A stretch of 64,000 bases of DNA from NCBI GenBank assembly GCA_020632575.1, contig JACKFH010000012.1:1-64000 (forward strand), written 5' to 3'. The DNA comes from Candidatus Omnitrophota bacterium. Lineage in GTDB: Bacteria; Hinthialibacterota; Hinthialibacteria; OLB16. The position numbers and the translations under genes are program-made. The stretch's first letter is position 1; each line of letters begins with the position of its first letter. Of the stretch, positions 36,877 through 47,185 are shown piece by piece. Under the pieces are notes generated by a model. That model made no database searches and was not told the origin of the DNA. It worked only from the letters and a program-made list of their open reading frames with translations.

Positions 36877-39383
36877 CGTCGCTTTTGGTTCTTCTCGAAT
36901 ATATGGGGCCGACATTCGACCAAGCGAATCAGCTAAAATCAACCAGAAGGGGAGGGGGACTTCGATCCTCCTCCCCGTTCCTTGTTTTGCTTGTCCTATC
37001 GACCGGTCTGATCGATTGCATTTCACCCTGTTTTGCCAATGTCATTGGGGATTTCCGAGTTGATGGAACCTATTCCTCCGACCCCGCGGATGTCCTCAAG
37101 GTGATTCAAACGCCGATCGGGGCCTCGCTCTCGAGTCCCTCGACTCGACTCTCTCTCTCCGAGGATTTGCGCCGGATCAGCGAGCTCGGGGTTTACGATC
37201 CGCTCGATCTCCGAGTCGAAACGGAAGGTCCGGAAACCCTCAAGACCGTGGTCTTTAAGGTTAAGGAATATCCCCTCGTCCTCGACATTCGCTATATCGG
37301 CGACACCGAATACAAGAAGAAACGGCTCGACACCGAACTGGGGTTCGAGGCCGACCAGAAGATCTTCTTCCGGCCTGGATTGATTGACCAGTTCGAAGAT
37401 AAACTCGAAACCTTTTATAACTCGAAGGGATTTTCAAACGTCTTCATCGAGGGGAGAGAAGGGGAGAACACCGACGCCGGAGTCATTCTCGAGTTTGTCA
37501 TCGAAGCCGGCAACAAACTCAAACTCCAAGAGGTAGGTTTCGAGGGGAACACCGCTTTCACCGATAAGGAATTGCGGAAGGTGGTCAAGACCAAACCGAA
37601 AACCCTGCTCCTCTTCCGAAAGAAATTCGATGAGGACCTTTTCGATCAGGACATGCAGCGGCTCAGGTACTATTACCAATCGCATGGTTTCCTCGAGGCC
37701 GATGTCGAGAAGGGAAGCCAGACCCTGGTCAAGAACGACAAACGTCTCGATGTCAACTTCGAGGTCGAGGAGGGGCCCCAATACTTGATGGGGGATGTCT
37801 ATGTCGAGGGCGCCAGCACCTTCAGCCGCTCCGAACTGATGGCGCCTCTTACCATCCAGCCACGGGATGTTCTGGATCGCCCCAAACTCATTCAGGACCT
37901 TCAGGAAGTCCGATCGATGTATTGGAATCAGGGATATGTCCTGGCTCAAATCGAACCCGAGATCGTTCCCGATCCCGACTCGAGGTTGGCCGACCTCTAC
38001 CTTCGCATCACCGAAAACCCTCGCCTCAGACTCCGCAATATCAGAATCCAGGGAGTTGGAGAGGCCGCTGACGGTTCGACCTTCGATGTGCCGCTCGAGA
38101 CCAAGGATTATGTCATCCAACGAGAGTTCACCCTCGAACCCGGAGAGGTGCTCGATTGGTCGCAGGTCGATGAAACGGAACGCAAACTAATCAACACTCA
38201 ATTCTTCGAAAGCCAACAGGCCGTCTTTCCGCCTCGGTTGAAACACGGGTTTCAACTCGAACCGGTTCTGGACACCGATGAGGCGGACCTGCTCCTGCAA
38301 CTCGAGGAGACCGACACGGGATTCATCCAATTCGGCGGCGGTTTCTCCACCGACTACGGGCCCTCTCTGAATATCGAGTTCAAAGACCGCAACGCCTTTG
38401 GTCGCGCTTGGCAGTACAGCATCGGAGCGGACATCGGAAAACGTCGCACCTCGGTCGATTTCTCCTTCTATAATCCAAGGGTCAACAACTCCCTCTATTC
38501 GACCCGATACAGTCTCTTTTACCGGGATGTCGACAGGATCGGCGGACGCCAATTCGGAGAGAAACGCATCGGCGGCTCCTTCGCGTTGGGACGTCGGCTT
38601 TCGGACACCACTTCCATCTCGTTCGGTTATGGTCTGGAGCGAGTGGAGATTCAAGACATTAAGGATGAATTCATTCTTAGAGAACCCGATGACATCAACG
38701 CTGACATCGTCGATCGACTATTCACCGAAGATCCAAACACCACTAGCAGCGTCAACACCCGTCTGACTCGGGACACTCGAGACTACGTTCTGTTTCCCAC
38801 AAAAGGCGCCTACGACGTCTTGGGCGTGGAGGTCGCGGGTCTTGGTGGCGACAACAATTTCACCAAATTCTCCGGAACATTCGACCGCTTCTTCAAACTC
38901 CGGGAAAAACTTGTCTTCGCGGTCCGGGGTCATGCGGCGTTTGCTAATCCCTTCGGCGATACTGAAGACATCCCCCTCCAAGAGCGGTATTTCCTAGGCG
39001 GCGCCAATTCAATCAGAGGTTTCCGGTCCAGCGGTGTTTCCCCTTATCGAATCGTCCGGAGCCGAGTCGAGGATATTGACGGAACCGAGATTATTGAGGA
39101 CGATGAACTCCTGATCGGAGGGGAGGCCGAGTGGTTTTCGAACCTCGAACTCAGGTATCGTTTCAGTGATGCGGTCCAGTCGGTTGTGTTCTTCGATTCC
39201 GGCAGCGTCTATGAGGAGGTCGGAGACTTCGATTTTTCCGACATTCGGGCGTCTGTTGGAACTGGATTGCGGTTGACTTTGTTCGGAAACGCTCTTATCC
39301 GGTTGGACCTCGGGTTCCCGGTGGCAATGGAAACGCAGGATGAAAAACAGAGCTTTCAATTCAACTTTGGGGCGAACTTTTAA
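36873..39383 (+). CDS. bamA: Outer membrane protein assembly factor BamA (Omp85 family); start uncertain
   Basis: Signal peptide, POTRA-like repeats and a C-terminal Omp85 beta-barrel ending in an aromatic residue (...QFNFGANF). Followed by skp and lpxD, the conserved envelope cluster. Confidence 0.8.
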   Translation: MTSLLVLLEYMGPTFDQANQLKSTRRGGGLRSSSPFLVLLVLSTGLIDCISPCFANVIGDFRVDGTYSSDPADVLKVIQTPIGASLSSPSTRLSLSEDLRRISELGVYDPLDLRVETEGPETLKTVVFKVKEYPLVLDIRYIGDTEYKKKRLDTELGFEADQKIFFRPGLIDQFEDKLETFYNSKGFSNVFIEGREGENTDAGVILEFVIEAGNKLKLQEVGFEGNTAFTDKELRKVVKTKPKTLLLFRKKFDEDLFDQDMQRLRYYYQSHGFLEADVEKGSQTLVKNDKRLDVNFEVEEGPQYLMGDVYVEGASTFSRSELMAPLTIQPRDVLDRPKLIQDLQEVRSMYWNQGYVLAQIEPEIVPDPDSRLADLYLRITENPRLRLRNIRIQGVGEAADGSTFDVPLETKDYVIQREFTLEPGEVLDWSQVDETERKLINTQFFESQQAVFPPRLKHGFQLEPVLDTDEADLLLQLEETDTGFIQFGGGFSTDYGPSLNIEFKDRNAFGRAWQYSIGADIGKRRTSVDFSFYNPRVNNSLYSTRYSLFYRDVDRIGGRQFGEKRIGGSFALGRRLSDTTSISFGYGLERVEIQDIKDEFILREPDDINADIVDRLFTEDPNTTSSVNTRLTRDTRDYVLFPTKGAYDVLGVEVAGLGGDNNFTKFSGTFDRFFKLREKLVFAVRGHAAFANPFGDTEDIPLQERYFLGGANSIRGFRSSGVSPYRIVRSRVEDIDGTEIIEDDELLIGGEAEWFSNLELRYRFSDAVQSVVFFDSGSVYEEVGDFDFSDIRASVGTGLRLTLFGNALIRLDLGFPVAMETQDEKQSFQFNFGANF

Positions 39384-39501
39384 TACCTGTTCAGCTTCCG
39401 GTCGGATTGAAAGAGTTGCATAGGGGATTTCCGAAGGGGTAGGGTGGCGTCCGCATTCACCACAAACATTTTAAGTTGCATGATTGCAAGGAGTTAGTGA
39501 A

Positions 39502-40029
39502 ATGAGAAACGAATGGCTGATCGTTATCGCCTTCATTTTAGGGATTGTGTTCACCAGCACTTTCGACAACAGCGCGACCGCTCAGCGGCAGGAGTTGTTG
39601 GCTGTGCGATTTGTGGATCTCGTTCGAGTTCGGGATGAGTTCAAAGATTACCAAACCGCCCTTTCTCAGATTAAGACGAACAAGGAGAAGGAACAGGGCG
39701 AGCTGGATGATATGGTCTCCATGTTCGACAAGAACGTGAAAAACTACGAGCTCAAAGAGGGCCTCATCACTGAGGAAGAACAGAAACTCGAACTCGAGCA
39801 ACTCAATCAAAAGTACCAAACTCTTCAGGAGACTCATCAGCAAATGAGCCGCGAGCTCGAAATGAAGAGCCGCGAAATACTGAAACCCTTGTTGGATCAG
39901 ATGAAAACCGCCATCGAACAGGAAGCGACGTCGAAGGGATACCACCTGATCTTCTGGAAAAAGGATTTGGCGTATTCGGATTCCCGTCTCGATATCACCG
40001 ACGATGTCCTCCTGATCTTGAACAAATAG
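39502..40029 (+). CDS. skp: Periplasmic chaperone Skp (OmpH)
   Basis: Met at 39502 is preceded by AAGGAG. Signal peptide and a long coiled-coil OmpH domain. Confidence 0.7.
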   Translation: MRNEWLIVIAFILGIVFTSTFDNSATAQRQELLAVRFVDLVRVRDEFKDYQTALSQIKTNKEKEQGELDDMVSMFDKNVKNYELKEGLITEEEQKLELEQLNQKYQTLQETHQQMSRELEMKSREILKPLLDQMKTAIEQEATSKGYHLIFWKKDLAYSDSRLDITDDVLLILNK

Positions 40030-40041
40030 GGGACCGAACCT

Positions 40042-41064
40042 TTGGAAAAACTTCGATTGGACGAATTGGCGAAACGGATCTCATGCGAGGTCCAGGGGGA
40101 TCCCTCGGTGATCATCGAGGGGGTCAACACCCTCGACGCCGCCAAACCCGGAGAACTCTCCTTCGTTCACAACGAGAAGTACATCAGCCAGATCAAGGAC
40201 TGTAAGGCCTCCGCGATTGTGGTTCCCTACGATCTCGAAACGGATTTCCGTCCGCTTCTCCGATCCCGCGATCCTTATGTCACTTTCGGAGAGGCCATGC
40301 GCATCTTCTTACCCAGGAGGCAGAGACCCATGCCCGGCATTCATCCCTCGGCGGTGGTGGCGGAATCGGCGCAAGTCGATCCGGAGGCTTCGGTGGGACC
40401 CTACTGTTTTATCGGAGAGGGATCCGTGATTCAGGGTGCGGCTACGCTCATGGCCGGGACCCAAGTCGGAGACGGATGTTGGATCGGCCCCTCAGTCTGG
40501 ATTTTCCCTCAGGTGGTGGTTGGCGCCCGGACTCGCGTGGGCGAGGAGACCGTGATTCACCCGGGGACCGTCCTCGGAAGCGGACTCGATCCGGACAAGG
40601 AAATCTCGGAGGACGCTCCCAAGTATTGTGTCGAGGTTGGACGCGATGTGGAAATCGGCGCCAACGTGACGGTCGAAGCCGGCTCGAAGAATCCGACACG
40701 AATCGGTCCCGGAACCAAGATCGACAACTTGGTTAGAATCGGGTCCGGCGCTCGAATCGGCGATGACTGCATCATCGTGGCGCAGGTCTCCATCGGCGCC
40801 GGCGCGGTGATCGGCAACAACGTGACATTAGCGGGGCAGGTTGGCATCGAGCCCAACCGGCAAATCGGGGACGAGGTGATGGTGGGAGCGAAAAGCCTTG
40901 TCGAGGATGAGGTCGAGGACCGCGCGGTGGTCAGTGGCATCCCTGCCATTCGCCATGATCTCGACCTGAGGCTAAAAGCCCATTTACGCAGGCTTCCCAA
41001 ACTCTTCCAACGGCTCGAATCTCTGGAACGTCAACTCGGTGAGGTTGCCTCGGGGGAGAAGTAG
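40042..41064 (+). CDS. lpxD: UDP-3-O-acylglucosamine N-acyltransferase LpxD
   Basis: LpxD N-terminal domain followed by left-handed beta-helix hexapeptide repeats and a C-terminal helix. Context is bamA-skp-lpxD. Confidence 0.85.
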   Translation: MEKLRLDELAKRISCEVQGDPSVIIEGVNTLDAAKPGELSFVHNEKYISQIKDCKASAIVVPYDLETDFRPLLRSRDPYVTFGEAMRIFLPRRQRPMPGIHPSAVVAESAQVDPEASVGPYCFIGEGSVIQGAATLMAGTQVGDGCWIGPSVWIFPQVVVGARTRVGEETVIHPGTVLGSGLDPDKEISEDAPKYCVEVGRDVEIGANVTVEAGSKNPTRIGPGTKIDNLVRIGSGARIGDDCIIVAQVSIGAGAVIGNNVTLAGQVGIEPNRQIGDEVMVGAKSLVEDEVEDRAVVSGIPAIRHDLDLRLKAHLRRLPKLFQRLESLERQLGEVASGEK

Positions 41065-41089
41065 TCCAACTGGGCAGGCTTCGAATCTC

Positions 41090-41338
41090 TTAATCCTTCG
41101 CCTGCATTTCCTTTTTGCGCAGCACTTCGGCCAGCGAAGCCACGGATTGTTTGGAGGCTTGCGCCGCCGCCTTGTTCTCTTGTTGAATCGCGTCGTAGAT
41201 CTCTTTGCGGTGAATGGAAACCGACCGTGGGGCCGAAACCCCAATCTTCACCTGGTCGCCACGGATGTCGACTAGGGTGATCTCAATGTCATCCCCAACC
41301 ATGATGACTTCGTCTTTCTTTCTCGACAGGACCAACAT
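41090..41338 (-). CDS. csrA: Carbon storage regulator CsrA
   Basis: [48 protein letters not shown] is a near-consensus CsrA N-terminus. Overlaps the fliW stop by 4 nt. Confidence 0.85.
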   Translation of the reverse strand: MLVLSRKKDEVIMVGDDIEITLVDIRGDQVKIGVSAPRSVSIHRKEIYDAIQQENKAAAQASKQSVASLAEVLRKKEMQAKD

Positions 41339-41340
41339 GA

Positions 41341-41832
41341 TTAGGATTCGCTTTCCTCGGTCGGTCCCGATGACGGCTCCTCGTTGGAGGCTTCCGCCTC
41401 GCGAAGGATGTAGTGACGGGTGTGATAGCGGTCGGAAAGTAGGACGATCTGTTTGCCCATTCCCTTGTCCGGGTTGATGATCAGCGGGCCCTGGAGGTTG
41501 GCGGTGATCTGCTCGGGATCGTCGCGGACCACCACGATCACCAACACCCGCGCCTTCTCGATATCGTCGAGATCGAGCGACTTGACCTCGGCGGGCTTCA
41601 CCTCCACCTTATAATCCGGCACAAAGGTCAGCGGGTCGACCACCACAAAGGAGAGATGGGGATCGTCGGCCGATTGCAGCCACAAGAAGGGCGCGTAGGC
41701 CGCCTCTTGAACCAGGACGAACTCCTTGCGGTCCCCGAATCCGAGCAACCCCTCCGGGAAATGGAGGATATCGGTCTCCGGGACGGAGAGTTCCCCGAAT
41801 CGTTCCGTTTGGATGACAAGAGTTTCAGTCAT
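41341..41832 (-). CDS. fliW: Flagellar assembly factor FliW (CsrA antagonist)
   Basis: Internal Met at 41832 gives [34 protein letters not shown], a typical FliW N-terminus. Lies immediately upstream of csrA. Confidence 0.75.
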   Translation of the reverse strand: MTETLVIQTERFGELSVPETDILHFPEGLLGFGDRKEFVLVQEAAYAPFLWLQSADDPHLSFVVVDPLTFVPDYKVEVKPAEVKSLDLDDIEKARVLVIVVVRDDPEQITANLQGPLIINPDKGMGKQIVLLSDRYHTRHYILREAEASNEEPSSGPTEESES

Positions 41833-42685
41833 GAATCCGAATCGTTCTTCCAATCTATTCGATCCCGAAAGAGGCGAAAACCCTCTTTCTCTCGATGAAA
41901 TCCTAACACATCTTGTTACAGAAAGAATCGGTCGACACCTCACCATTCTTGAGGAGGTCGATTCCTCCAACTCCCACCTAGCCCGAGAGGCCGAAAGGTT
42001 GCCCGATGGCGCGGTCTGTGTGGCCGAACTTCAGACCGCGGGCCGCGGGCGCCATGGAAGGGCTTGGACCTCGCCTCCGCGTCGCAATTTGATGTTCAGC
42101 GTAGTGTTCAAGGAATCCTCCATCCCTGGACCGATCGCCACCCTCATCGGGGCCCTGTCTACTGTCCAAGCGACTCGGGGGGTGGGGGATTGGATCGCCC
42201 TGAAATGGCCGAACGATCTGGTTTCGGAGTCTCCGGATGATGGCGCGGTTGAAAAGAAGGTGGGCGGGGTGCTCTCCGAAACCAAAACGGATCGGGCTGG
42301 AAAACCCTTTCTCATCCTCGGGATTGGGATCAATGTGAATTCCCGCCTCGAGGATTTCCCTGAAGAGATCCGCGAACGGGTCTCCACCCTAAGTTTTCTG
42401 AGCGGTCAAGTTTGGAATCGAAATTGGCTGCTTGCCGAGATCCTGAACCGAATCGAAGCCCTTTGGAAATCGTCCGAGGCCATCGGGGCCGAGTCGATCA
42501 TCGATGAGGCTCGACGCAATTGCTCGACCCTCGGCAAACAAGTGAGATTGAGAATTGGCGACCAGGTCATCGAGGGGGAGGCGGTCGACTTGGATCCGAT
42601 GGGACGCTTACTCCTCAGGGATGAAACCGGTTACGTTTATCCGGTCGAACTGGGGGAGGTCGTCCAAGCCAGGAGGATCACTTAG
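41831..42685 (+). CDS. birA: Biotin-[acetyl-CoA-carboxylase] ligase BirA (catalytic domain only, no HTH)
   Basis: The ELQTAGRGRHGRAWTSP (GRGRxGRxW) biotin-binding loop and KWPNDL motif. The most plausible ATG at 41831 overlaps the fliW ATG on the opposite strand (TCATGA). Confidence 0.7.
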   Translation: MNPNRSSNLFDPERGENPLSLDEILTHLVTERIGRHLTILEEVDSSNSHLAREAERLPDGAVCVAELQTAGRGRHGRAWTSPPRRNLMFSVVFKESSIPGPIATLIGALSTVQATRGVGDWIALKWPNDLVSESPDDGAVEKKVGGVLSETKTDRAGKPFLILGIGINVNSRLEDFPEEIRERVSTLSFLSGQVWNRNWLLAEILNRIEALWKSSEAIGAESIIDEARRNCSTLGKQVRLRIGDQVIEGEAVDLDPMGRLLLRDETGYVYPVELGEVVQARRIT

Positions 42686-43982
42686 CGAGGTTCTCGGCTT
42701 CGGTGACCTCGATCGAGGAAGGATCCAACAAAGGTTCCGAAAACTCCCGCCGAAGGCTGATCGCCCAGACCAAGAAGAGCAGGCCGACTGTCGCGAAGAA
42801 CGCCGCCCCAATGGGAATCCTGGCGCTCGACAAAAAACCCATTCGAACCGTTCCCGCACTTAGGAGAAGAATCATCGCGGGGACCCGGAAGAACTCACTT
42901 ATCAAGGCCCACCTCTTTCTCTCCAACAAGCCTCCGACCGAAAGGAGGGCCCAAAGGATCATCATTGCGGCAAGAAATTTTTCACCGAAGGGAAGCGTCT
43001 GCTCGGTGAACATCAGAGCCGAAACCAACCCCATCAGGGTCAGAAACTGAAGGAAGGTGTAGGCAGTGAGCCCCTTCCCGATGGGGATGTCGAACTTCTG
43101 GTAAGTCCGATACCGGACCGTCTTTTCAGGCGGGGTGGGTTCCACCCCCTCGGGCAGCCATGGAGGCGATTTGACCCAAACCAACACCTTCTCCTTCAAC
43201 CGTTTCGCCGACCGGGAGAGGTTGAACAGCCGAACCCAATAGTGCAGGTGCCCCCAAATCGGATTCCAACTGCGAAGCGGGGTGACAATGCCATAAGTCG
43301 GGTCCTCTTCCTCCTCCTGGAAGGTGCCGAACATCCGATCCCAAATGATAAAAACCCCGGCGTGGTTCTTGTCGATGTACTTTTCGTCTGCGCCGTGATG
43401 GACACGGTGATGCGAGGGGGTGTTCATGATCCACTCGACCGGGCCGAGTTTGCCGACCATCTGAGTGTGGACCCAAAACTGATAGAGGAGATTGATCTGG
43501 TAACAGATGACCCACATCGGCCATGGGAAACCGATGAACGCAAGCGGCAGATAAAAGGTCCAGGTGAACAGAGACTCGGTGGCGCTCTGACGCAACGCGA
43601 CAGTCAGATTCATCTCCTCGCTGGAGTGATGAACCACATGGCAGGCCCATAGAAAATTGATCGTGTGACACATCCGATGCGACCAATAGAAACAAAAGTC
43701 GACCAGGACAAAAGCCACAATCCAAGCCACCGGCGAGTTCAGCCCAATCTCGAGGAGGTGAAAGGATTCGTAACAGAGGATATACGCCCCGATCACCGCG
43801 ACCTTGGCGAAGATATCCAGGGTCCGATCGAGAATCCCCATATTGATATCGGTGATCGAATCGTTCAGCCGATAGACCTTCCTCCCTTTCCATTTGGCGT
43901 AAAGGATCTCCAGCCCGATCAACCCATAGAAGTAGGGGATGGCAAGAAGGATCAATAACGCGGCGACTTTCTCCACATCCAT
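42678..43982 (-). CDS. Fatty acid hydroxylase superfamily membrane enzyme (sterol-desaturase-like) with extra C-terminal membrane domain
   Basis: Histidine boxes HRMCH, HVVHH and HHRVHHG in an N-terminal four-TM region. The C-terminal roughly 150 aa carry additional TM helices. Confidence 0.6.
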   Translation of the reverse strand: MDVEKVAALLILLAIPYFYGLIGLEILYAKWKGRKVYRLNDSITDINMGILDRTLDIFAKVAVIGAYILCYESFHLLEIGLNSPVAWIVAFVLVDFCFYWSHRMCHTINFLWACHVVHHSSEEMNLTVALRQSATESLFTWTFYLPLAFIGFPWPMWVICYQINLLYQFWVHTQMVGKLGPVEWIMNTPSHHRVHHGADEKYIDKNHAGVFIIWDRMFGTFQEEEEDPTYGIVTPLRSWNPIWGHLHYWVRLFNLSRSAKRLKEKVLVWVKSPPWLPEGVEPTPPEKTVRYRTYQKFDIPIGKGLTAYTFLQFLTLMGLVSALMFTEQTLPFGEKFLAAMMILWALLSVGGLLERKRWALISEFFRVPAMILLLSAGTVRMGFLSSARIPIGAAFFATVGLLFLVWAISLRREFSEPLLDPSSIEVTEAENLAK

Positions 43983-44041
43983 CGGAAGGCCTCAACTCAC
44001 TGAATTGATAGCATGGATTGGGGGGAGCGGGGAGACTTTTT

Positions 44042-44344
44042 TTACATCACCACCTCAAACCCCTCGAACTCCGGGTGCCCCAGATAGGTCCCCTCCGGAG
44101 CCTTGGCTTGAGCGTGGGCCTTCCGGAACGCTTCGGATTGGGTCCAGGCTTCGAAATGAGACCGGGATTCCCAGATCGAGTGGGAGGCGTAGAGCGTATG
44201 CTCCTCGGTGGTCGGCCCCTTGAGCAGATGGAACTCCTTGAATCCGGGGACATCGTCGAGATACGACTCCCGATTTCTCCAAAGGGCTTCGAAATCCCCC
44301 TCATGCCCGAGGCCGATCCGAAAACGGTTCATCGCGATAAACAT
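44042..44344 (-). CDS. ABM-domain (antibiotic biosynthesis monooxygenase-like) protein
   Basis: 100 aa. ABM fold hallmark pattern FxxLW...S.W.S...F..W. Confidence 0.55.
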   Translation of the reverse strand: MFIAMNRFRIGLGHEGDFEALWRNRESYLDDVPGFKEFHLLKGPTTEEHTLYASHSIWESRSHFEAWTQSEAFRKAHAQAKAPEGTYLGHPEFEGFEVVM

Positions 44345-44595
44345 TTCGTTAACTCCTCCCCTTCATTGTAACCTTCCCCAAGGAGTATCGGATCTCGCCT
44401 GGATTGGGAAGGTGGGGAGGTTTTCGCCGATGAACCACGCCTTCCATTGAAAGGACGGATCGTGCCTCTCGGTCAATTCCCCTCGCCTCGGATTCCCATG
44501 GGATGGACGCGGAAGGGCGAATTCTATTCCCCTTCGATCCTAAGTGAAATTCATGTATTGATATTTCATTACAGAATGTCTACACTATTAGAGAA

Positions 44596-46026
44596 ATGTT
44601 CCCACATCGAATCGCGATCCTCCTCCTCGCTCTCGCTCTTCCCGCCCACTCCGCCACTTTGTTTGTCTCCCCCGATGGAACAGGCGCGGATGGCCTCTCC
44701 TGGAACACCGCCTTCCCCACCATCGGACAAGCCATTGTCGCCTCGACCACCGACGATGAAATCTGGATCAGGTCCGCGACCTATGTGGAAAACATCACCA
44801 TCGAGAGACCTCTGACTCTCCTTGGTGGATTTGTCGGGTCGGAAACGTTGGGACAACGAAATTCGAGGGACCCGAGTCAGCATCCCACAGTGATTGACGG
44901 GAACCGAAACGGTTCGGTGGTCAGAGCGAAGGGGCCGATCACTCTCGATGGGTTCTCCATCGTGAACGGGTTGGCGCGATTGGAGGACGGGGATCTGGGG
45001 TCTGGACTCCTCCTCTCCGATGCGACGGCGACACTCACTCGGTTGAAACTGTCCGGAAATGGAGAGTTCACTCGACGTCAAAGCAGTGGAGGAGGTGGAA
45101 TGTATGCTGAAAACTCGACTATTCGCATGACCGACTGCCTGATGACCAAGAACCTCGCCGGGGAGGGCGGGGGCGCTATGTTCACCGGTTGTGCAATCGA
45201 GGTGAGAGATTCGCTTATAGGATCGAACCGTGGTTGGATCGACGGAGCGGGACTTTACATCCGGGATGGATCGTCGGTCTTCCTTAACACGGAAATCTCC
45301 GACAATTTGGTGAATGGCGGGGATGGTGGAGGTTGTTACATCGAGTCCGGACATGCCGCCTTTCTTGGCTGTCAGTTTCTTGAAAACGTGGTCTACCATT
45401 TCTCTCCCGGGCCTCTCCCGGTTCCGTTTTTAGTCAAATTCGGTGGGGCGGTGGCCTGCTATCGGGTTGAGGAAGTTCGCTTTGTCAATTCGCTTTTCAC
45501 GGGGAATCGAGGCACGGGTGTGGGGCTCACGGCGGGCTCGGTATTGTACTCCAAGGATTCCGAACAGATTCACTTCACCCATTGCACCATCATTGCTCTC
45601 CAGTACGCCTCCTTTTCCGCACAGGACCAGCCGATCCATATCGAGAACAGCCTGGTTGTCGGCCAGGACTTAGACAGAATTCTCCAGCCAAGTCCCGTTT
45701 CTTACAGTCTCATCGAGGGTGGGCACCAGGGCGAAGGCAACATCGACGCCGATCCGTTGTTTGTCGATCCGAAGAACGGCGACTACCGACTGCGGTATGG
45801 CTCCCCCTGCATTGATGCTGGTGCAGAGACGGATCTGATGATCGACCTCGATGGGAACCCGCGCCCCGTGGATATCATCGGACTCGGGTGCGATGGACCC
45901 GACACTTTTGATATGGGGGCTTATGAGTTTCAATCGCCGCGATCGGATCTCAACGGGGACGGGTATGTGAACCACTTGGATTTGATGATCCTCCAACAGG
46001 ATTGGGGCAAGGTGTCCGGGCCTTGA
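44596..46026 (+). CDS. Secreted right-handed parallel beta-helix protein with C-terminal dockerin-like module
   Basis: Signal peptide, then GxxG/NxxG beta-helix repeats (pectate-lyase-like). The C-terminal DLNGDGYVNHLDLMIL is a dockerin/EF-hand-like Ca-binding repeat. Confidence 0.55.
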   Translation: MFPHRIAILLLALALPAHSATLFVSPDGTGADGLSWNTAFPTIGQAIVASTTDDEIWIRSATYVENITIERPLTLLGGFVGSETLGQRNSRDPSQHPTVIDGNRNGSVVRAKGPITLDGFSIVNGLARLEDGDLGSGLLLSDATATLTRLKLSGNGEFTRRQSSGGGGMYAENSTIRMTDCLMTKNLAGEGGGAMFTGCAIEVRDSLIGSNRGWIDGAGLYIRDGSSVFLNTEISDNLVNGGDGGGCYIESGHAAFLGCQFLENVVYHFSPGPLPVPFLVKFGGAVACYRVEEVRFVNSLFTGNRGTGVGLTAGSVLYSKDSEQIHFTHCTIIALQYASFSAQDQPIHIENSLVVGQDLDRILQPSPVSYSLIEGGHQGEGNIDADPLFVDPKNGDYRLRYGSPCIDAGAETDLMIDLDGNPRPVDIIGLGCDGPDTFDMGAYEFQSPRSDLNGDGYVNHLDLMILQQDWGKVSGP

Positions 46027-46138
46027 TCTTGCCCTCTTCGACCGTGTGCCGGTGGTCCAGGCGAAAGAGGAGGGAATGACACTGGTGACACGGGATGCGT
46101 TTTTGGAGGAGTATGGGGTGGCGGTGATGGGGGCGTAG
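46025..46138 (+). pseudogene. Remnant of a PIN-domain (VapC-like) toxin C-terminus
   Basis: A 37-codon frame reads DLALFDRVPVVQAKEEGMTLVTRDAFLEEYGVAVMGA. It resembles the C-terminal ...A.A..G..LVTRD..F end of VapC toxins. No N-terminal part or antitoxin is present. Confidence 0.3.
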
Positions 46139-46739
46139 TAGCAATACAATTCCCCATCACAACTTACTCAGCATAACGAATAAAATCATTATGACGACCG
46201 CGACCAAAAAAGTTCCGTAAGCAAGCGCGACTATTCTGTCACCTTTAGGGAAAACATGGGTGGTCCTGCTGACGAGGTCCCGGTATTCTTGAAACTCGGT
46301 CCATCCCTCGTGTGAGGGTGAGTCGAGGTCGAGGAACTCTCCGCTGCTTGTATCGAATGCTGACCAATTGTTTTGCTTTGCACAAATTCGCGATCGATGT
46401 GATGGGGTCTCCGCCCCCTCGAACGTGAAGCATCATCGTAGCCGTCTCGCCTGTCTCCTGGTGGTTGAACTCGATCGACCAACCATCGCCTTGAAGAACC
46501 CCCCAAGCCGGGTCGCTCCAATCCACCCCGGGTTCAGAGACTCCTTGAGACCTTTTCACGTATCTCGGCAGGCGTCACCCATTGCTGGTGGATCGTTGAA
46601 AGCATCCGACAGATCATCCGTATCGGGGGATCGCCCTGGAAATTGTCGAGAAAGATACGACATCCCAACGTAGATCTTTTCTCCTCCGGACAATGATTTG
46701 CAGTTCAGCACCAATCCTCAACTTGACCCCTTTGATCGG

Positions 46740-47185
46740 ATTTGATCGTCCAAGGAAAGAGGAGGGACTTGCTGCCTGCGCCGAGATTCCCTTCTCGGCG
46801 CAACTTTAGCAGGAATCCCTTCCTGCGAAACGGACCCTCTTCCTTAATCCTCCAATTCAAACCTCCGGCGAGCGACAGCACGAAGGGATTCGTGCGGAAG
46901 TGGGTTCGAGATGGGAATCTCGAACCAGATCCTTTGAACCGCGAATCGTCTGAGTCCGTTTCAACGGACGGCTCTCTGCGTAGCGACGGAATTGATTCCG
47001 TCGCGGACTTCGCTCGATCCCGAAGACTCCATCGCCTCCCACGCCCCGCTCACATCGGAACGGATTCCGACGTGGGATAGGAACGAGGCGGGAGCCACGT
47101 TCCAGCAACTACCAGGGTTTCAACCCTGGGCGACCGACCACACCCCAACAGGTTCCCCCGCCAAAAGTTTCCGTTTACTCTCCCA
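46740..47185. other. Hairpin-dense non-coding region (candidate structured RNA / long 5' leader) upstream of the oxidoreductase-radical SAM cluster
   Basis: Contains at least 7 perfect stem-loops. Examples: GCGCCGAGA-N6-TCTCGGCGC; GCAGGAA-tccc-TTCCTGC; GGTTCGAGAT-ggga-ATCTCGAACC; CGACGGAA-ttga-TTCCGTCG; TCGGAA-cgga-TTCCGA; CCAGGG-tttcaa-CCCTGG. No credible ORF. Confidence 0.3.

Noticed and set aside
41726-41830. Upstream 35 codons of the birA track ORF (start at 41726 or 41813)
   Set aside because: Would run deep into the fliW coding region on the other strand. The biotin ligase domain homology begins after the Met at 41831.
46740-47185. tmRNA (ssrA) or RNase P RNA in the hairpin-dense region
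   Set aside because: On the minus strand the 5' end reads GGGGTGTGGTCGG... and the T-arm-like CAGGGTTTCAACCCTGG is present. But no acceptor-stem complement, no tag ORF with a resume codon, and no P4/CR-I/CR-V RNase P consensus could be found on either strand. The resemblance is superficial.
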